A stretch of DNA of 64,000 nucleotides from Bacteroidia bacterium (GTDB lineage Bacteria; Bacteroidota; Bacteroidia; M30B66), in contig OZ257142.1 of NCBI GenBank assembly GCA_965279035.1, forward strand, positions 1,728,001 to 1,792,000. The letters run 5' to 3'. The position numbers were made by a program, and so were the translations under genes. This document shows positions 50,320 to 61,004 of this stretch, one piece after another; positions within the stretch are counted from its first letter, which is position 1; every line of letters starts with the position of its first letter. The notes under the pieces were generated by a model. It worked only from the letters and a program-made list of their open reading frames with translations. It was not told where the DNA came from and searched no databases.

Positions 50320-51690
50320 CACACCCGTCCAAGACGTTTGTATAACGAAAATACAATCCTGATTTGATGCGAGATTACTCATCAAAGAACGCTCTTTTGA
50401 AAATTAAACCCTCTATAATTTAAAAAAGGGACATTTGTAATTCCAGTTTATCAATTTCGTCATCATCTAAAAAGGGTTTATCAAGCCATTTTTTGAGGTC
50501 AATTTTCACAAAGAGATTTAATCGAATAAAGGACACCAAATTTGAGAGGTGCCAAGAGTGTTTTGCTTCCTTTTGAAGTGTCTTTAAAAGCAGTATGGTG
50601 ATTAGTGCTGTCCAAATCTGTATCAGAACAGCATTCATGCTGGTTCCTATGAAAGACTTGATTTTCAGGTGTGTTTTGATCTCCTTGAAGAACGATTCGA
50701 TGCTCCATCTACGTTTATATAGTTCTGAAATGGTCGATGCTGTCCAAGAAAAATTGTTTGTAAGAAGTTCAAGATATATCTGTTGTTCTTCATCCCAGAT
50801 CTGAACCATTCGGAGCTTTTGCGGGTATTTTTCTTTTGATTGAGGTAAACTCAAAAAGCCTTTCCAGTCGTATTGCAAGTCTGGATTTGCTTCATCGGTT
50901 GGGCTCTTAGTTCGCTCATAAAGTTCAAACTGAATGTTTTCTTTTCCTCGAATAACAAAGAATACTCCTTGTTCATCTAATTTTCTCATCCAGTTAAAAT
51001 CGACATATCCTCTATCAGCTACAACAATGCTTCCTGTGGGAAATTCAATATCATGTGCTGCATTTACATCGTGCTTTTTGCCATCACTCAAATCAGCAAA
51101 AACGGGCATACAGCCGTCAAAGTCAAGGACTGTGTGAAGTTTTATAGCTCCCTTCTTCTTTCGAAATAGTGCCCAGTCGAACACTTTAAGACAAAGGTCA
51201 ATCGTGGTTGAATCGAGCAGATAGATTTTACGTTTGGGAAGCAGCTTTCGGCTTGTTTTTAAGGTTGATTCAAACTGCTCATACAAGTTAAAATACATCG
51301 CTTGAAACAGCTCCCAGTTGCGATGTTGGTTATTATATGCCAACGATGATCGCCTCATGGCTTTTGACACTCCCAGATGATTTAAATCGCCTGTTGCTGA
51401 TCGCATTCCATTGCAAACGTCATTTAAGCTATTAGACTTGGAAAACTGGCAAAAAACCATTGTCACAAAGTGAGACCAAGCATCATTGCCTTTACAATGT
51501 TTATTGGACTCAAACTTTTCTACTAGTTTATTGAAAGAATCTCGCTTAATTTTTTGGAATATCTGAGCAAATAATGTGATCTTCATGCCGGAGTTGGTTT
51601 ATGTTTTTGTGTCGTAACTCAAACATACCGGATTTAATCCGGACCAACTCTATTTTTTTACCCTATTTTAAAACGTCTTGGACGGGTGTG
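50320..51690 (-). mobile_element. IS4-family insertion sequence (different from the 39-kb element)
   Basis: 20-bp perfect IR CACACCCGTCCAAGACGTTT / AAACGTCTTGGACGGGTGTG; 9-bp TSD ATAATGAAC. Confidence 0.95.
50420..51586 (-). CDS. IS4-family DDE transposase
   Basis: LDSTTI, KLH, ADRGY, YKRRWSIESFFK.IK. Confidence 0.95.
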   Translation of the reverse strand: MKITLFAQIFQKIKRDSFNKLVEKFESNKHCKGNDAWSHFVTMVFCQFSKSNSLNDVCNGMRSATGDLNHLGVSKAMRRSSLAYNNQHRNWELFQAMYFNLYEQFESTLKTSRKLLPKRKIYLLDSTTIDLCLKVFDWALFRKKKGAIKLHTVLDFDGCMPVFADLSDGKKHDVNAAHDIEFPTGSIVVADRGYVDFNWMRKLDEQGVFFVIRGKENIQFELYERTKSPTDEANPDLQYDWKGFLSLPQSKEKYPQKLRMVQIWDEEQQIYLELLTNNFSWTASTISELYKRRWSIESFFKEIKTHLKIKSFIGTSMNAVLIQIWTALITILLLKTLQKEAKHSWHLSNLVSFIRLNLFVKIDLKKWLDKPFLDDDEIDKLELQMSLF

Positions 51691-51720
51691 ATAATGAACA
51701 TTTAAAGCAACATTGCAATT

Positions 51721-52125
51721 ATGAAGACAATAGAACAATACATATCATCCCAAGAAATTGAACGACAAACTATATTGTCTAAAATTCATTATGCAATTTT
51801 AGATGCTGATATAACTGTTCGTGCTCAAATTGGAAAAATGATGGGAAAGGAAATGATACTTTATAATGCACCTGGAACATTTAAATATGGACTTTCTAGT
51901 CTAAAAAATCACATGTCTCTTCACTTAATGCCCATTTATTGCGTTTCAACTTTGCATTCAAAATACAAAGAGTTGTTACCTAATGCTAGTTTCCAAAAAG
52001 GTTGTATCAATTTCACGAATGAGAATGAAGTACCAATTGAAATTTTGAAATTACTATTAGTTGACTGTTCGAAAATTGATCTATTTAAAATCAGAGAAAA
52101 TTATTTAAAATCGAAAAAAAAATAA
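51721..52125 (+). CDS. DUF1801 (YdhG-like) domain protein
   Basis: I..YI......R..L..IH..I, KNHMSLH, KGCINF. Confidence 0.75.
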   Translation: MKTIEQYISSQEIERQTILSKIHYAILDADITVRAQIGKMMGKEMILYNAPGTFKYGLSSLKNHMSLHLMPIYCVSTLHSKYKELLPNASFQKGCINFTNENEVPIEILKLLLVDCSKIDLFKIRENYLKSKKK

Positions 52126-52172
52126 AAAATGCTTGCTTATAATTTTGGCTTTGCTATAAGCAGGCATTTTTT
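52125..52172 (+). terminator. Intrinsic terminator-like hairpin
   Basis: AAAAATGCTTGCTTATA / TATAAGCAGGCATTTTT stem with a T-tract. Confidence 0.65.
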
Positions 52173-52370
52173 CTAATTTGAATCATCGTTCAATCTTGGA
52201 ATATTCGACAAATCTTTAGAATTATGTTAACTAATTCTGCTTATCTTAAAGTCACGAAGCCTTACCTACTATTACATCAAAGCAAAATATCAAATGCAAA
52301 AGTTATCAGAAAACTGAGTAGAAAAATCAATAAATGTGGCGATCACTCAAAACAAAAAATGAAAAATAAA

Positions 52371-54041
52371 ATGAAAACAATTTTGCTTTTTGCGGGAATA
52401 TTAATCATTAATTCTGCTATTGCTCAAACACCTTCATTTCAATGGGCAAAAACATTTAGTGGTGATTATTATGAACTATGTAATGATGTTGCAGTAGATG
52501 ATTCTGGCAATGTTTACACCACAGGTTATTTTAATCATTCAGTTGATTTTGACCCCGGACCTGGAACTTTTAGTATGACTAATTATTTTGCCAATAATGC
52601 TTTTGTAAGTAAGTTAGACCCAAACGGAAATTTTGTTTGGGCTGTACAACTCGATGCAAGTAGCGGTGCGGAAGGAAATAAAATTTCCATCGATAATAAC
52701 GGAGACATAATAATAGCAGGCATTTTTCACTACACTGTAGATTTTGACCCGAGTTCAAATAATTTTGATTTAACATCAACCGGAGGTTCTGAAATTTTTA
52801 TTTGGAAATTATCACCCCAAGGAAATTTGATATATGCCAAGCAGTTTGCGGGTGGTGGCAACCAGTTTGTTCAATCATTTGAATTAGACGAATACGATAA
52901 TATGTATTTAGCAGGATTGATGGATGTAGATTCAGTTGATTTTGATCCTGATTCAGGTACACACTTCATACATGGTGTTACAGCAGCTTCTGGTTTTATT
53001 TGCAAGCTGAACCCGCAATGCCAGCTAAATTGGGTAAAACAATTAAATGGAACAGCTACATCGCTGCATATTTCAAATACACATGTCAACATAAATAACC
53101 AATTTGTGGTAACTGGTTATTTTAATCATTCTGTCGATTTTGATATGGGCTCAGGAAATTATACACTTACTGCAGCAGGTAGTTTTGGAGATGAAGACGT
53201 TTTCATTGCAAGCTATGATACTGCTGGAAATTTTAATTGGGTAAAAGAAATAGGTTACTGGTATAAAGACATGGCAACTGATATAACTTGCGATTATACC
53301 GGAAATATATATACATCCGGCACTTACAGCAGTACAGTTGATTTTGACCCGAGCAATGGCACATCTTCATTAGTTGGTCCCGGTAATTTTACAGTAAAGT
53401 TTGATTCATTGGGTAATTTTATTTGGGTGATACCTTATGGTGGAGGCCAACTAAAAATGGATGATATCGGTAATTTAATTATCTCCGGCATTTTTCAAAA
53501 CACCAGAGATTTTGACCCAGGGACTGGAGTATATAATTTACATTCTGCAGGCAATGACGATGATTTTATACTTAACATAAGTACCGACCATAATTTTAAT
53601 TGGGTAGTAAGCGTTGCAGGTTATGGTACTGATTTAATTCAAGGGGTTGAGGCAAAAAATAATGCAGTATTTGCTGTTGGTGCATACCAATACTCTGCTG
53701 ATTTTAATCCAGACACTGCTCAAACTTATTTTATACCCGTAGTAGGTGATTTTGATGCTTATATTGTAAAACTTGGAATTCCCAATATTATAACAGAAAC
53801 TATTAACATTCCTGTCGAAAATAGCTTCCAATTATTTCCCAATCCTGCAAGCAACATGTTATTTATTCAATCAACAGAAAATATAAAATCAATCAAATGC
53901 ATAAATTATTTAGGGCAAAATGTTGAAATGAAAATATCTTCTAATTCAATTGATATATCAGCACTTTCAAACGGTCTTTATTTTTTATTAATTACAAATG
54001 AAAAAGAAACAATAACACGCAAACTAGTTGTAAAGCAATGA
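52371..54041 (+). CDS. T9SS-secreted SBBP-repeat beta-propeller protein
   Basis: Repeated D..GNVY.TG.F...VDFDP...F..KL...GNF.W; LFPNPAS...GLYFL. Confidence 0.88.
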   Translation: MKTILLFAGILIINSAIAQTPSFQWAKTFSGDYYELCNDVAVDDSGNVYTTGYFNHSVDFDPGPGTFSMTNYFANNAFVSKLDPNGNFVWAVQLDASSGAEGNKISIDNNGDIIIAGIFHYTVDFDPSSNNFDLTSTGGSEIFIWKLSPQGNLIYAKQFAGGGNQFVQSFELDEYDNMYLAGLMDVDSVDFDPDSGTHFIHGVTAASGFICKLNPQCQLNWVKQLNGTATSLHISNTHVNINNQFVVTGYFNHSVDFDMGSGNYTLTAAGSFGDEDVFIASYDTAGNFNWVKEIGYWYKDMATDITCDYTGNIYTSGTYSSTVDFDPSNGTSSLVGPGNFTVKFDSLGNFIWVIPYGGGQLKMDDIGNLIISGIFQNTRDFDPGTGVYNLHSAGNDDDFILNISTDHNFNWVVSVAGYGTDLIQGVEAKNNAVFAVGAYQYSADFNPDTAQTYFIPVVGDFDAYIVKLGIPNIITETINIPVENSFQLFPNPASNMLFIQSTENIKSIKCINYLGQNVEMKISSNSIDISALSNGLYFLLITNEKETITRKLVVKQ

Positions 54042-54258
54042 CAGATTAATTGGATGAGCATTTAGTAGATTGCACTTGAAAAGTTAAGCATTTCGGCTGT
54101 TTGAAGCATCCATTTCTATTGAAAAATTCTTTTTATTCTAAAACATTTTGTTTTCCAAATTTTATTCTTCTAGTATGTTTTTAATATAGGCATTAATTTT
54201 AGAATTGCTATCTTAAATCGGAAAATTAGTTTTGAGAATCATTCGACCTATTCAATTT

Positions 54259-54792
54259 ATGAATACAAAAACAATTTTTTCAGCATTGACAGGGGTTTTA
54301 TTTATATTAATCTGTTGTTCACTTAAAACTGAAAAAACCAAAACCTTCAAAGGGACTATTGACAATCATTTTAACTTAAGCACTACTAATGCAATAAAAC
54401 TTGAAGACAGACAAGAACTTGAAAAAGATATTGATACTTATTTAAGTAAAATAGACTTACTTAATTCTTATTATGAAAAAATTAATGAAGGAGACATTCA
54501 ATTAGCTAACAAAATCTTGCAAACTGACACCTTGTTGTCAAAACAAGACGACTATACTCTTGCTTATATGTTTACACTTACCAAATTAAAAGAGCTCGAT
54601 TTATTGTATAAACCGAGCTTTCAAGTCAACGACAATTCAGCCGAATCGAAATTAATTTTTTGCAACGAAAAACAAATAAAAGAGTTAACCGAAAACCGAG
54701 ATAGAATATTTGAGTTAAACTGTAAGTATATTGGTAATATAATTATTGACAAGACACAAGTTTATCAACTCGAAAAATATAAAAAGAACTAA
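54259..54792 (+). CDS. Hypothetical exported protein
   Basis: N-terminal hydrophobic stretch ending in CC; low GC. Confidence 0.6.
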   Translation: MNTKTIFSALTGVLFILICCSLKTEKTKTFKGTIDNHFNLSTTNAIKLEDRQELEKDIDTYLSKIDLLNSYYEKINEGDIQLANKILQTDTLLSKQDDYTLAYMFTLTKLKELDLLYKPSFQVNDNSAESKLIFCNEKQIKELTENRDRIFELNCKYIGNIIIDKTQVYQLEKYKKN

Positions 54793-55033
54793 TCAAATTG
54801 CAAACAATAAATACATAGCATTTAATTAGTTAGAGTGCTTCGTTTATTTAGTAAATTAGTCTAACGAAAGCATTGATTATCCCCAATTCGGCTCGTTAAG
54901 TGCATGCTCAACCTTAGCGGTTATACAATACAACTGTTTCATAAATAAATTTGTAAATCGTCAGCATAAAGTGGACTAAATATAGTCAAAACTAAGAGAG
55001 TGTTTCTAAGTTATATTTTTAATTTTAACAACC

Positions 55034-55387
55034 ATGGAAACAAAGAAAAAACAAACGACCGAGAATTACATTAAAGAAATCCGCAGAAAGACAAGAAGAA
55101 TTTTCAGTTCAGAACAGAAGATCCAGATAGTTATGGAGGCATTGCGTGCTGAATTGTCAGTAGCAGAATTGTGTAGGAAGTATTCTATACAGGAGAGTCA
55201 ATTTTATAAATGGAATAAGGAGTTTTTGGAAGCAGGTAAGAAGCGTCTCTCCGGTGATGTAACCCGCGAAGCTACGAGTGATGAAGTGTCAGAGCTTCGC
55301 AAAGAAAATCAGCGCTTAAAGGAAATGGTCGCTGATTTGGTTTTGCGCTATGACATTGTAAAAAAAAGCTTGTCCATGCTGGATTAA
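55034..55387 (+). CDS. IS3 transposase OrfA (HTH)
   Basis: FS.EQKI.IV...SVAELCRKY.I....FYKW; A8G slippery run at 55360-55368. Confidence 0.92.
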   Translation: METKKKQTTENYIKEIRRKTRRIFSSEQKIQIVMEALRAELSVAELCRKYSIQESQFYKWNKEFLEAGKKRLSGDVTREATSDEVSELRKENQRLKEMVADLVLRYDIVKKSLSMLD

Positions 55388-55407
55388 CTGTAAAACTGAA
55401 AAAATAT

Positions 55408-56424
55408 ATGCGTTTTACAGCATCCGAAAAGCAGGAACTCATCGATCTCGTTGTTCAATCTGAAATTGGTGTCAATCGCACCTTACGTGAAATAGGGCTT
55501 AATAAGAGCACATTTTACAAATGGTATAAATCATATGCTGACAACGGCGTTGATGGCTTAAATCCAAGCAAGCGGGTTTTAAAAAGGCAATGGAATAGTA
55601 TTCCACAACAGCAAAAGAATCTTGTAGTAGATCTTGCTTTGAATTATCCTGAATTATCATCTCGTGAACTTGCTTTTAAGCTAACTGATGAGCAACAGAT
55701 TTTCATTTCAGAATCGAGCGTTTATCGCATTTTGAAATCGAGAGGCTTAATCAATTCACCAGCCCATATTTTCATTTCAGCAGCCGATGAATTTTCTAAG
55801 AAAACAGGATTTGTTCATCAAATGTGGCAAACAGACTTTACTTACTTTAAAATCATTGGTTGGGGCTGGTATTATTTAAGTACCATCTTAGATGATTACA
55901 GCCGATATATTGTGCATTGGGAACTCTGTTCTGGGATGAAAGTTGAAGATGTAAAAAGAACCGTTGATAGAGCCATTAAAAAGGCCAAATTACTGTCAAA
56001 GCCTCGTCCCAAACTATTATCGGATAATGGTTCATGTTATATTGCTGCGGAACTCAGTGCTTACCTTAAGCAAAACCATGAGATAGATCAAATACACGGT
56101 AGGCCTTTTCATCCTCAAACACAAGGTAAAATAGAACGTTATCATCGTACAATGAAAAACGTGGTTAAGCTAAATCACTATTATTGTCCGGAAGAACTTG
56201 AAGATGCCCTGGGAAAATTTGTTGATAATTACAATAACCAACGTTATCATGAATCATTGCAAAACCTAACTCCTGCTGATATATACTATGGAAGAGGTGA
56301 TCAAATCCTTAAAGAAAGAAAACGCTTAAAACACGAAGCATTAAACTCAAGAAGAATGGAATATGAGATGATAAAATCTAAACTCAAATCACAAAATCAA
56401 AATTTAAATCTAATTTTGATTTGA
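55408..56424 (+). CDS. IS3 transposase OrfB (rve/DDE), in the -1 frame to OrfA
   Basis: WQTDFTY, DDYSR, SDNG, GKIERYH; frame open from the slippery site. Confidence 0.93.
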   Translation: MRFTASEKQELIDLVVQSEIGVNRTLREIGLNKSTFYKWYKSYADNGVDGLNPSKRVLKRQWNSIPQQQKNLVVDLALNYPELSSRELAFKLTDEQQIFISESSVYRILKSRGLINSPAHIFISAADEFSKKTGFVHQMWQTDFTYFKIIGWGWYYLSTILDDYSRYIVHWELCSGMKVEDVKRTVDRAIKKAKLLSKPRPKLLSDNGSCYIAAELSAYLKQNHEIDQIHGRPFHPQTQGKIERYHRTMKNVVKLNHYYCPEELEDALGKFVDNYNNQRYHESLQNLTPADIYYGRGDQILKERKRLKHEALNSRRMEYEMIKSKLKSQNQNLNLILI

Positions 56425-56591
56425 TAATGAAATAATCTCTAAGTAAAAGTCCACTTTTGTTTGAAGACATACACCATTAATTCATTTGAATTTTATCAGT
56501 TAATTCAACGCCGAAAGCTTTTCTTTGATGAATGTTTTTGTTGCTTTAATTTTTATATTTTCGTTTAAATTTATCATTCAATTATATCGAA

Positions 56592-58610
56592 ATGTTGAAA
56601 AATCTATTCCTTACTACATTCTTAAGCTGTATTGCTATTGTTTTAAATGCTCAATATTGCGTTCCTACATACACCAATCAAAATGGAGATGATTTCATTA
56701 ATGGGTTTGAATTAAACAACGTCACTAATAACAATACCGGTAACAGCGGTGGTGACGGGTATATAGATTACAGCCAATCTTTGCCTGCTATTCAGTTAGT
56801 AATGGGCACTCAATATGATTTATTCTACCAAGGGGGGATATATAATTCTGATAAGTATAGAGTATGGATTGATTTCAATCATGACAATGATTTTAATGAT
56901 GCGAATGAAGCAATTGCTAACGGAACCACTTCGTTATTGTATCAATCTATTATGTTGCAATTCACGATGCCTACAGGAATTCAATCGGGGCTTACCAAAT
57001 TGAGAATTCGTTGTGCATATTCACTCACTAATTTAATTGATCCCTGTACCAATTACACCTGGGGAGAAACGGAAGACTATGCAGTTAATATTTCTCCACC
57101 ATCAGGTATTTATTGCATACCCGAAGATCTTGGTATGAATGGAATGTCTGGCTCATTAGTTACTTCATTTACTTTAGATAATATTTATTCTGATTTTTAT
57201 TTTCCAGCTCCTCCCTATTATCATAATTACACTTCTTCCATTTCAACTACCGCGAGTTTAGGTCAAGAAATCTTTGGAAATTTTGTTTTTGGTACTGTTA
57301 CGTTTGCGACCTGTATGGTATGGATTGATTGGAATCAAGATGCCTTGTTTAGTACATCCGAGATGGTGGTATCGTTCACAAATACTACAGCCAACCAAAT
57401 GTTTGTTTATAATGTTATTGTGCCAAATAATGCACTTACAGGAAGCACGCGTGTACGAATACGGATTCAAGCCGATGGTCTAGGAATGGATCCCTGTTAC
57501 TCACCTGGTAAAGGTTTCGCCGAAGATTATACGATTAACATAACTGGTGCTTCAGGTTCTGCTCCTGTTGCATCATTTTCTGCTTCTCCATTGACTATTA
57601 CAACAGGAGGCTCGGTCAATTTTACAGATCTTAGTACGGGTAGTCCTACCTCATGGGCATGGACTTTTACGGGAAGTTCAACTAGTTCGTCCTCCTTGCA
57701 AAATCCAACCAATATTATTTATAATACACCGGGATGTTATACAGTTAGCCTTGTAAGCTCGAATAATAACGGCTCCGATACAGAAACACAGCTATGTTAC
57801 ATCAATGTGATAGATCAACCAATAGGCTGCAACGAATTGTTTTTCTCTGAATATATTGAAGGATCAGGCAATGATAAAGCACTAGAAATATACAATCCGA
57901 ATACGGTTGATGTTGATCTCACCGGATATTCTATTAAATTATATGCTAATGGTGCGGCAACACCTAATAACTCACTTGATTTGGTTGGCATTTTAGGCGC
58001 TCAAAGCACAACAGTAATTGCTTCTCCTAATGCATCAGCATCTATTTTGGGAGTAGCAGATCAAACAAGTTCGGTATGCAGTTTTAATGGTGATGATGCA
58101 GTCGTATTGACTAAAAATGACTTGCCTATTGACGTCATAGGACAAGTTGGTACAGACCCGGGTACTTATTGGCCTGTTGGGACGGGCTCAACGCTTGATC
58201 ATACCCTTGTTCGGAATGCTACTGTAAATGGTCCATCTTCCGACTGGAATACAGCACAAAATCAGTGGACATCCTATGCTTTAGGAACCTTGACCTATTT
58301 AGGAAATCACGATTCGAATTGCGAAACCATTCCATTGGATGTATACAGTTTGAAAAATGAAATCCCTCAACCTTTGTTTTGGAATAGTGCTCAAAGTACT
58401 TTGTTATACTGGAAAAATATCCCATCGGAATTATTAAATAACACTGCTTTTATATATGATTTAAAAGGAGCAATGGTTTATCAATTTAACGTGAATTCTG
58501 AATCGTTTTCAATTGACTTACCTGAACTTCCTGTTGGTGTTTATCTTTTGAGAATAGCCTCTGGATCTTCATCTGTAACGCAGAAATTGTTTGTGAATAG
58601 TCAGAAATAA
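56592..58610 (+). CDS. T9SS-secreted protein: two GEVED, PKD and lamin-tail domains
   Basis: VWIDFN.D.DF...GETEDY twice; PTSWAWTF PKD; LFFSEYIEG...KALEIYN LTD; YDLKG...GVYLLRI CTD. Confidence 0.88.
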   Translation: MLKNLFLTTFLSCIAIVLNAQYCVPTYTNQNGDDFINGFELNNVTNNNTGNSGGDGYIDYSQSLPAIQLVMGTQYDLFYQGGIYNSDKYRVWIDFNHDNDFNDANEAIANGTTSLLYQSIMLQFTMPTGIQSGLTKLRIRCAYSLTNLIDPCTNYTWGETEDYAVNISPPSGIYCIPEDLGMNGMSGSLVTSFTLDNIYSDFYFPAPPYYHNYTSSISTTASLGQEIFGNFVFGTVTFATCMVWIDWNQDALFSTSEMVVSFTNTTANQMFVYNVIVPNNALTGSTRVRIRIQADGLGMDPCYSPGKGFAEDYTINITGASGSAPVASFSASPLTITTGGSVNFTDLSTGSPTSWAWTFTGSSTSSSSLQNPTNIIYNTPGCYTVSLVSSNNNGSDTETQLCYINVIDQPIGCNELFFSEYIEGSGNDKALEIYNPNTVDVDLTGYSIKLYANGAATPNNSLDLVGILGAQSTTVIASPNASASILGVADQTSSVCSFNGDDAVVLTKNDLPIDVIGQVGTDPGTYWPVGTGSTLDHTLVRNATVNGPSSDWNTAQNQWTSYALGTLTYLGNHDSNCETIPLDVYSLKNEIPQPLFWNSAQSTLLYWKNIPSELLNNTAFIYDLKGAMVYQFNVNSESFSIDLPELPVGVYLLRIASGSSSVTQKLFVNSQK

Positions 58611-58691
58611 TAATGGGTTTTAATGTAGGTAATTGAGATAATTCTGCATTTATGAAGGCTATATTTGCGAAATATTTTTAAATTAATTCCA

Positions 58692-58845
58692 TACCCGTTG
58701 TACGGTTAAAAATTAGAATTATCCTTCAACAAAATTTATCGCTCACCCCAATAATCAATACTTATGTAATGCTTTTTAATTAAATTATTTAAATTAAAAT
58801 TAGATTTAGTACGGATCTTGCGATGGCTATGTCAGGGCGGCGAGG
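58692..58845 (-). repeat. Dispersed repeat copy 2 (inverted, truncated by IS3)
   Basis: Reverse complement aligns with 47629-47784, including 23/24 identity at the terminal TACCCGTTGTRCGGTTAAAAATTA. Confidence 0.8.
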
Positions 58846-58927
58846 TGTAAATCGTCAGCATAAAGTGGACTAAATATAGTCAAAACTAAGAGAGTGTTTC
58901 TAAGTTATATTTTTAATTTTAACAACC

Positions 58928-59281
58928 ATGGAAACAAAGAAAAAACAAACGACCGAGAATTACATTAAAGAAATCCGCAGAAAGACAAGAAGAATTTTCA
59001 GTTCAGAACAGAAGATCCAGATAGTTATGGAGGCATTGCGTGCTGAATTGTCAGTAGCAGAATTGTGTAGGAAGTATTCTATACAGGAGAGTCAATTTTA
59101 TAAATGGAATAAGGAGTTTTTGGAAGCAGGTAAGAAGCGTCTCTCCGGTGATGTAACCCGCGAAGCTACGAGTGATGAAGTGTCAGAGCTTCGCAAAGAA
59201 AATCAGCGCTTAAAGGAAATGGTCGCTGATTTGGTTTTGCGCTATGACATTGTAAAAAAAAGCTTGTCCATGCTGGATTAA
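58928..59281 (+). CDS. IS3 transposase OrfA
   Basis: Identical to 55034-55387. Confidence 0.92.
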   Translation: METKKKQTTENYIKEIRRKTRRIFSSEQKIQIVMEALRAELSVAELCRKYSIQESQFYKWNKEFLEAGKKRLSGDVTREATSDEVSELRKENQRLKEMVADLVLRYDIVKKSLSMLD

Positions 59282-59301
59282 CTGTAAAACTGAAAAAATA
59301 T

Positions 59302-60318
59302 ATGCGTTTTACAGCATCCGAAAAGCAGGAACTCATCGATCTCGTTGTTCAATCTGAAATTGGTGTCAATCGCACCTTACGTGAAATAGGGCTTAATAAG
59401 AGCACATTTTACAAATGGTATAAATCATATGCTGACAACGGCGTTGATGGCTTAAATCCAAGCAAGCGGGTTTTAAAAAGGCAATGGAATAGTATTCCAC
59501 AACAGCAAAAGAATCTTGTAGTAGATCTTGCTTTGAATTATCCTGAATTATCATCTCGTGAACTTGCTTTTAAGCTAACTGATGAGCAACAGATTTTCAT
59601 TTCAGAATCGAGCGTTTATCGCATTTTGAAATCGAGAGGCTTAATCAATTCACCAGCCCATATTTTCATTTCAGCAGCCGATGAATTTTCTAAGAAAACA
59701 GGATTTGTTCATCAAATGTGGCAAACAGACTTTACTTACTTTAAAATCATTGGTTGGGGCTGGTATTATTTAAGTACCATCTTAGATGATTACAGCCGAT
59801 ATATTGTGCATTGGGAACTCTGTTCTGGGATGAAAGTTGAAGATGTAAAAAGAACCGTTGATAGAGCCATTAAAAAGGCCAAATTACTGTCAAAGCCTCG
59901 TCCCAAACTATTATCGGATAATGGTTCATGTTATATTGCTGCGGAACTCAGTGCTTACCTTAAGCAAAACCATGAGATAGATCAAATACACGGTAGGCCT
60001 TTTCATCCTCAAACACAAGGTAAAATAGAACGTTATCATCGTACAATGAAAAACGTGGTTAAGCTAAATCACTATTATTGTCCGGAAGAACTTGAAGATG
60101 CCCTGGGAAAATTTGTTGATAATTACAATAACCAACGTTATCATGAATCATTGCAAAACCTAACTCCTGCTGATATATACTATGGAAGAGGTGATCAAAT
60201 CCTTAAAGAAAGAAAACGCTTAAAACACGAAGCATTAAACTCAAGAAGAATGGAATATGAGATGATAAAATCTAAACTCAAATCACAAAATCAAAATTTA
60301 AATCTAATTTTGATTTGA
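59302..60318 (+). CDS. IS3 transposase OrfB
   Basis: Identical to 55408-56424. Confidence 0.93.
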   Translation: MRFTASEKQELIDLVVQSEIGVNRTLREIGLNKSTFYKWYKSYADNGVDGLNPSKRVLKRQWNSIPQQQKNLVVDLALNYPELSSRELAFKLTDEQQIFISESSVYRILKSRGLINSPAHIFISAADEFSKKTGFVHQMWQTDFTYFKIIGWGWYYLSTILDDYSRYIVHWELCSGMKVEDVKRTVDRAIKKAKLLSKPRPKLLSDNGSCYIAAELSAYLKQNHEIDQIHGRPFHPQTQGKIERYHRTMKNVVKLNHYYCPEELEDALGKFVDNYNNQRYHESLQNLTPADIYYGRGDQILKERKRLKHEALNSRRMEYEMIKSKLKSQNQNLNLILI

Positions 60319-60332
60319 TAATGAAATACTCT

Positions 60333-61004
60333 CTAAGTAAAAGTCCACTTTTGTTTGAAGACATACAAATCTTGATTTTCAGTGGCTTTCAATTTGTTGT
60401 CTATTTGTGCAACAAAACCAAATTTTGGCTCTATCTGAGAGTGTTTTTCAATCCACTTATTTATTCTCTCTATAAGTCGGTCGCTGAATAGATCTGGGTA
60501 TTGTTTTATGCATATATCTATAAGTTCAATGAATTCTTCCGAATTATTTTTGTAATTTTTTCTAAGCTGGAAATCTAGGAAATTAGATGTATTTATTAGA
60601 GCGAGATCATACTGTCTGAGTTTGAGTGAAAGCCAGAAAAGGTATTCTGGGTGTTTTCTATAAATTGTAATGTCGTTGTTGAATGGATAGTATCTTTCTA
60701 GAGCAAAGAAAAAGTCTAACGCGAATCGCTCTTTAATATCATTTAAACTGGCTGAGTATCTTTGTAGCTTATTGATGTGGCTTATTGATAAAGGGGCGAT
60801 TTCAGAGCCGTGATTATCATTCTCAAAAATAACCCTTTCAATCTTATTAAGAAGTTGATCGGCAAAGTCCCAATCATATGCAATAATTTCAAATGCTTGA
60901 GATCTTTCAAATTCCCAAATATCATAAATCTTGATATTGTACTCTTCAGGATAATCTTTTCCAGTCTCAACTAAAGGGAGAAGTTTTCTATGGCTAATCA
61001 TCAT
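60333..61004 (-). pseudogene. Hypothetical protein 3'-truncated by IS3
   Basis: The last ~11 codons and the stop lie inside the IS3 right end (ends 60367). Confidence 0.6.

Larger units (their letters stand above)
54952..56473 (+). mobile_element. IS3-family element, copy 1 (1522 bp)
   Basis: TG...CA ends, imperfect 26-bp IR sharing AAAGTGGACT; orfA/orfB; no TSD visible. Confidence 0.93.
58846..60367 (+). mobile_element. IS3-family element, copy 2 (1522 bp)
   Basis: Identical proteins to copy 1; one visible substitution near the right end (56435 A vs 60329 C). Confidence 0.93.

Noticed and set aside
52224-52370. N-terminal extension of the SBBP protein (likewise the 4630, 3215, 26365 and 40271 starts)
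   Set aside because: Signal peptides, family N-termini or -7 promoters point to downstream ATGs
55360-55368. IS3 A8G -1 frameshift site as a novelty
   Set aside because: Real, but standard IS3 OrfAB expression
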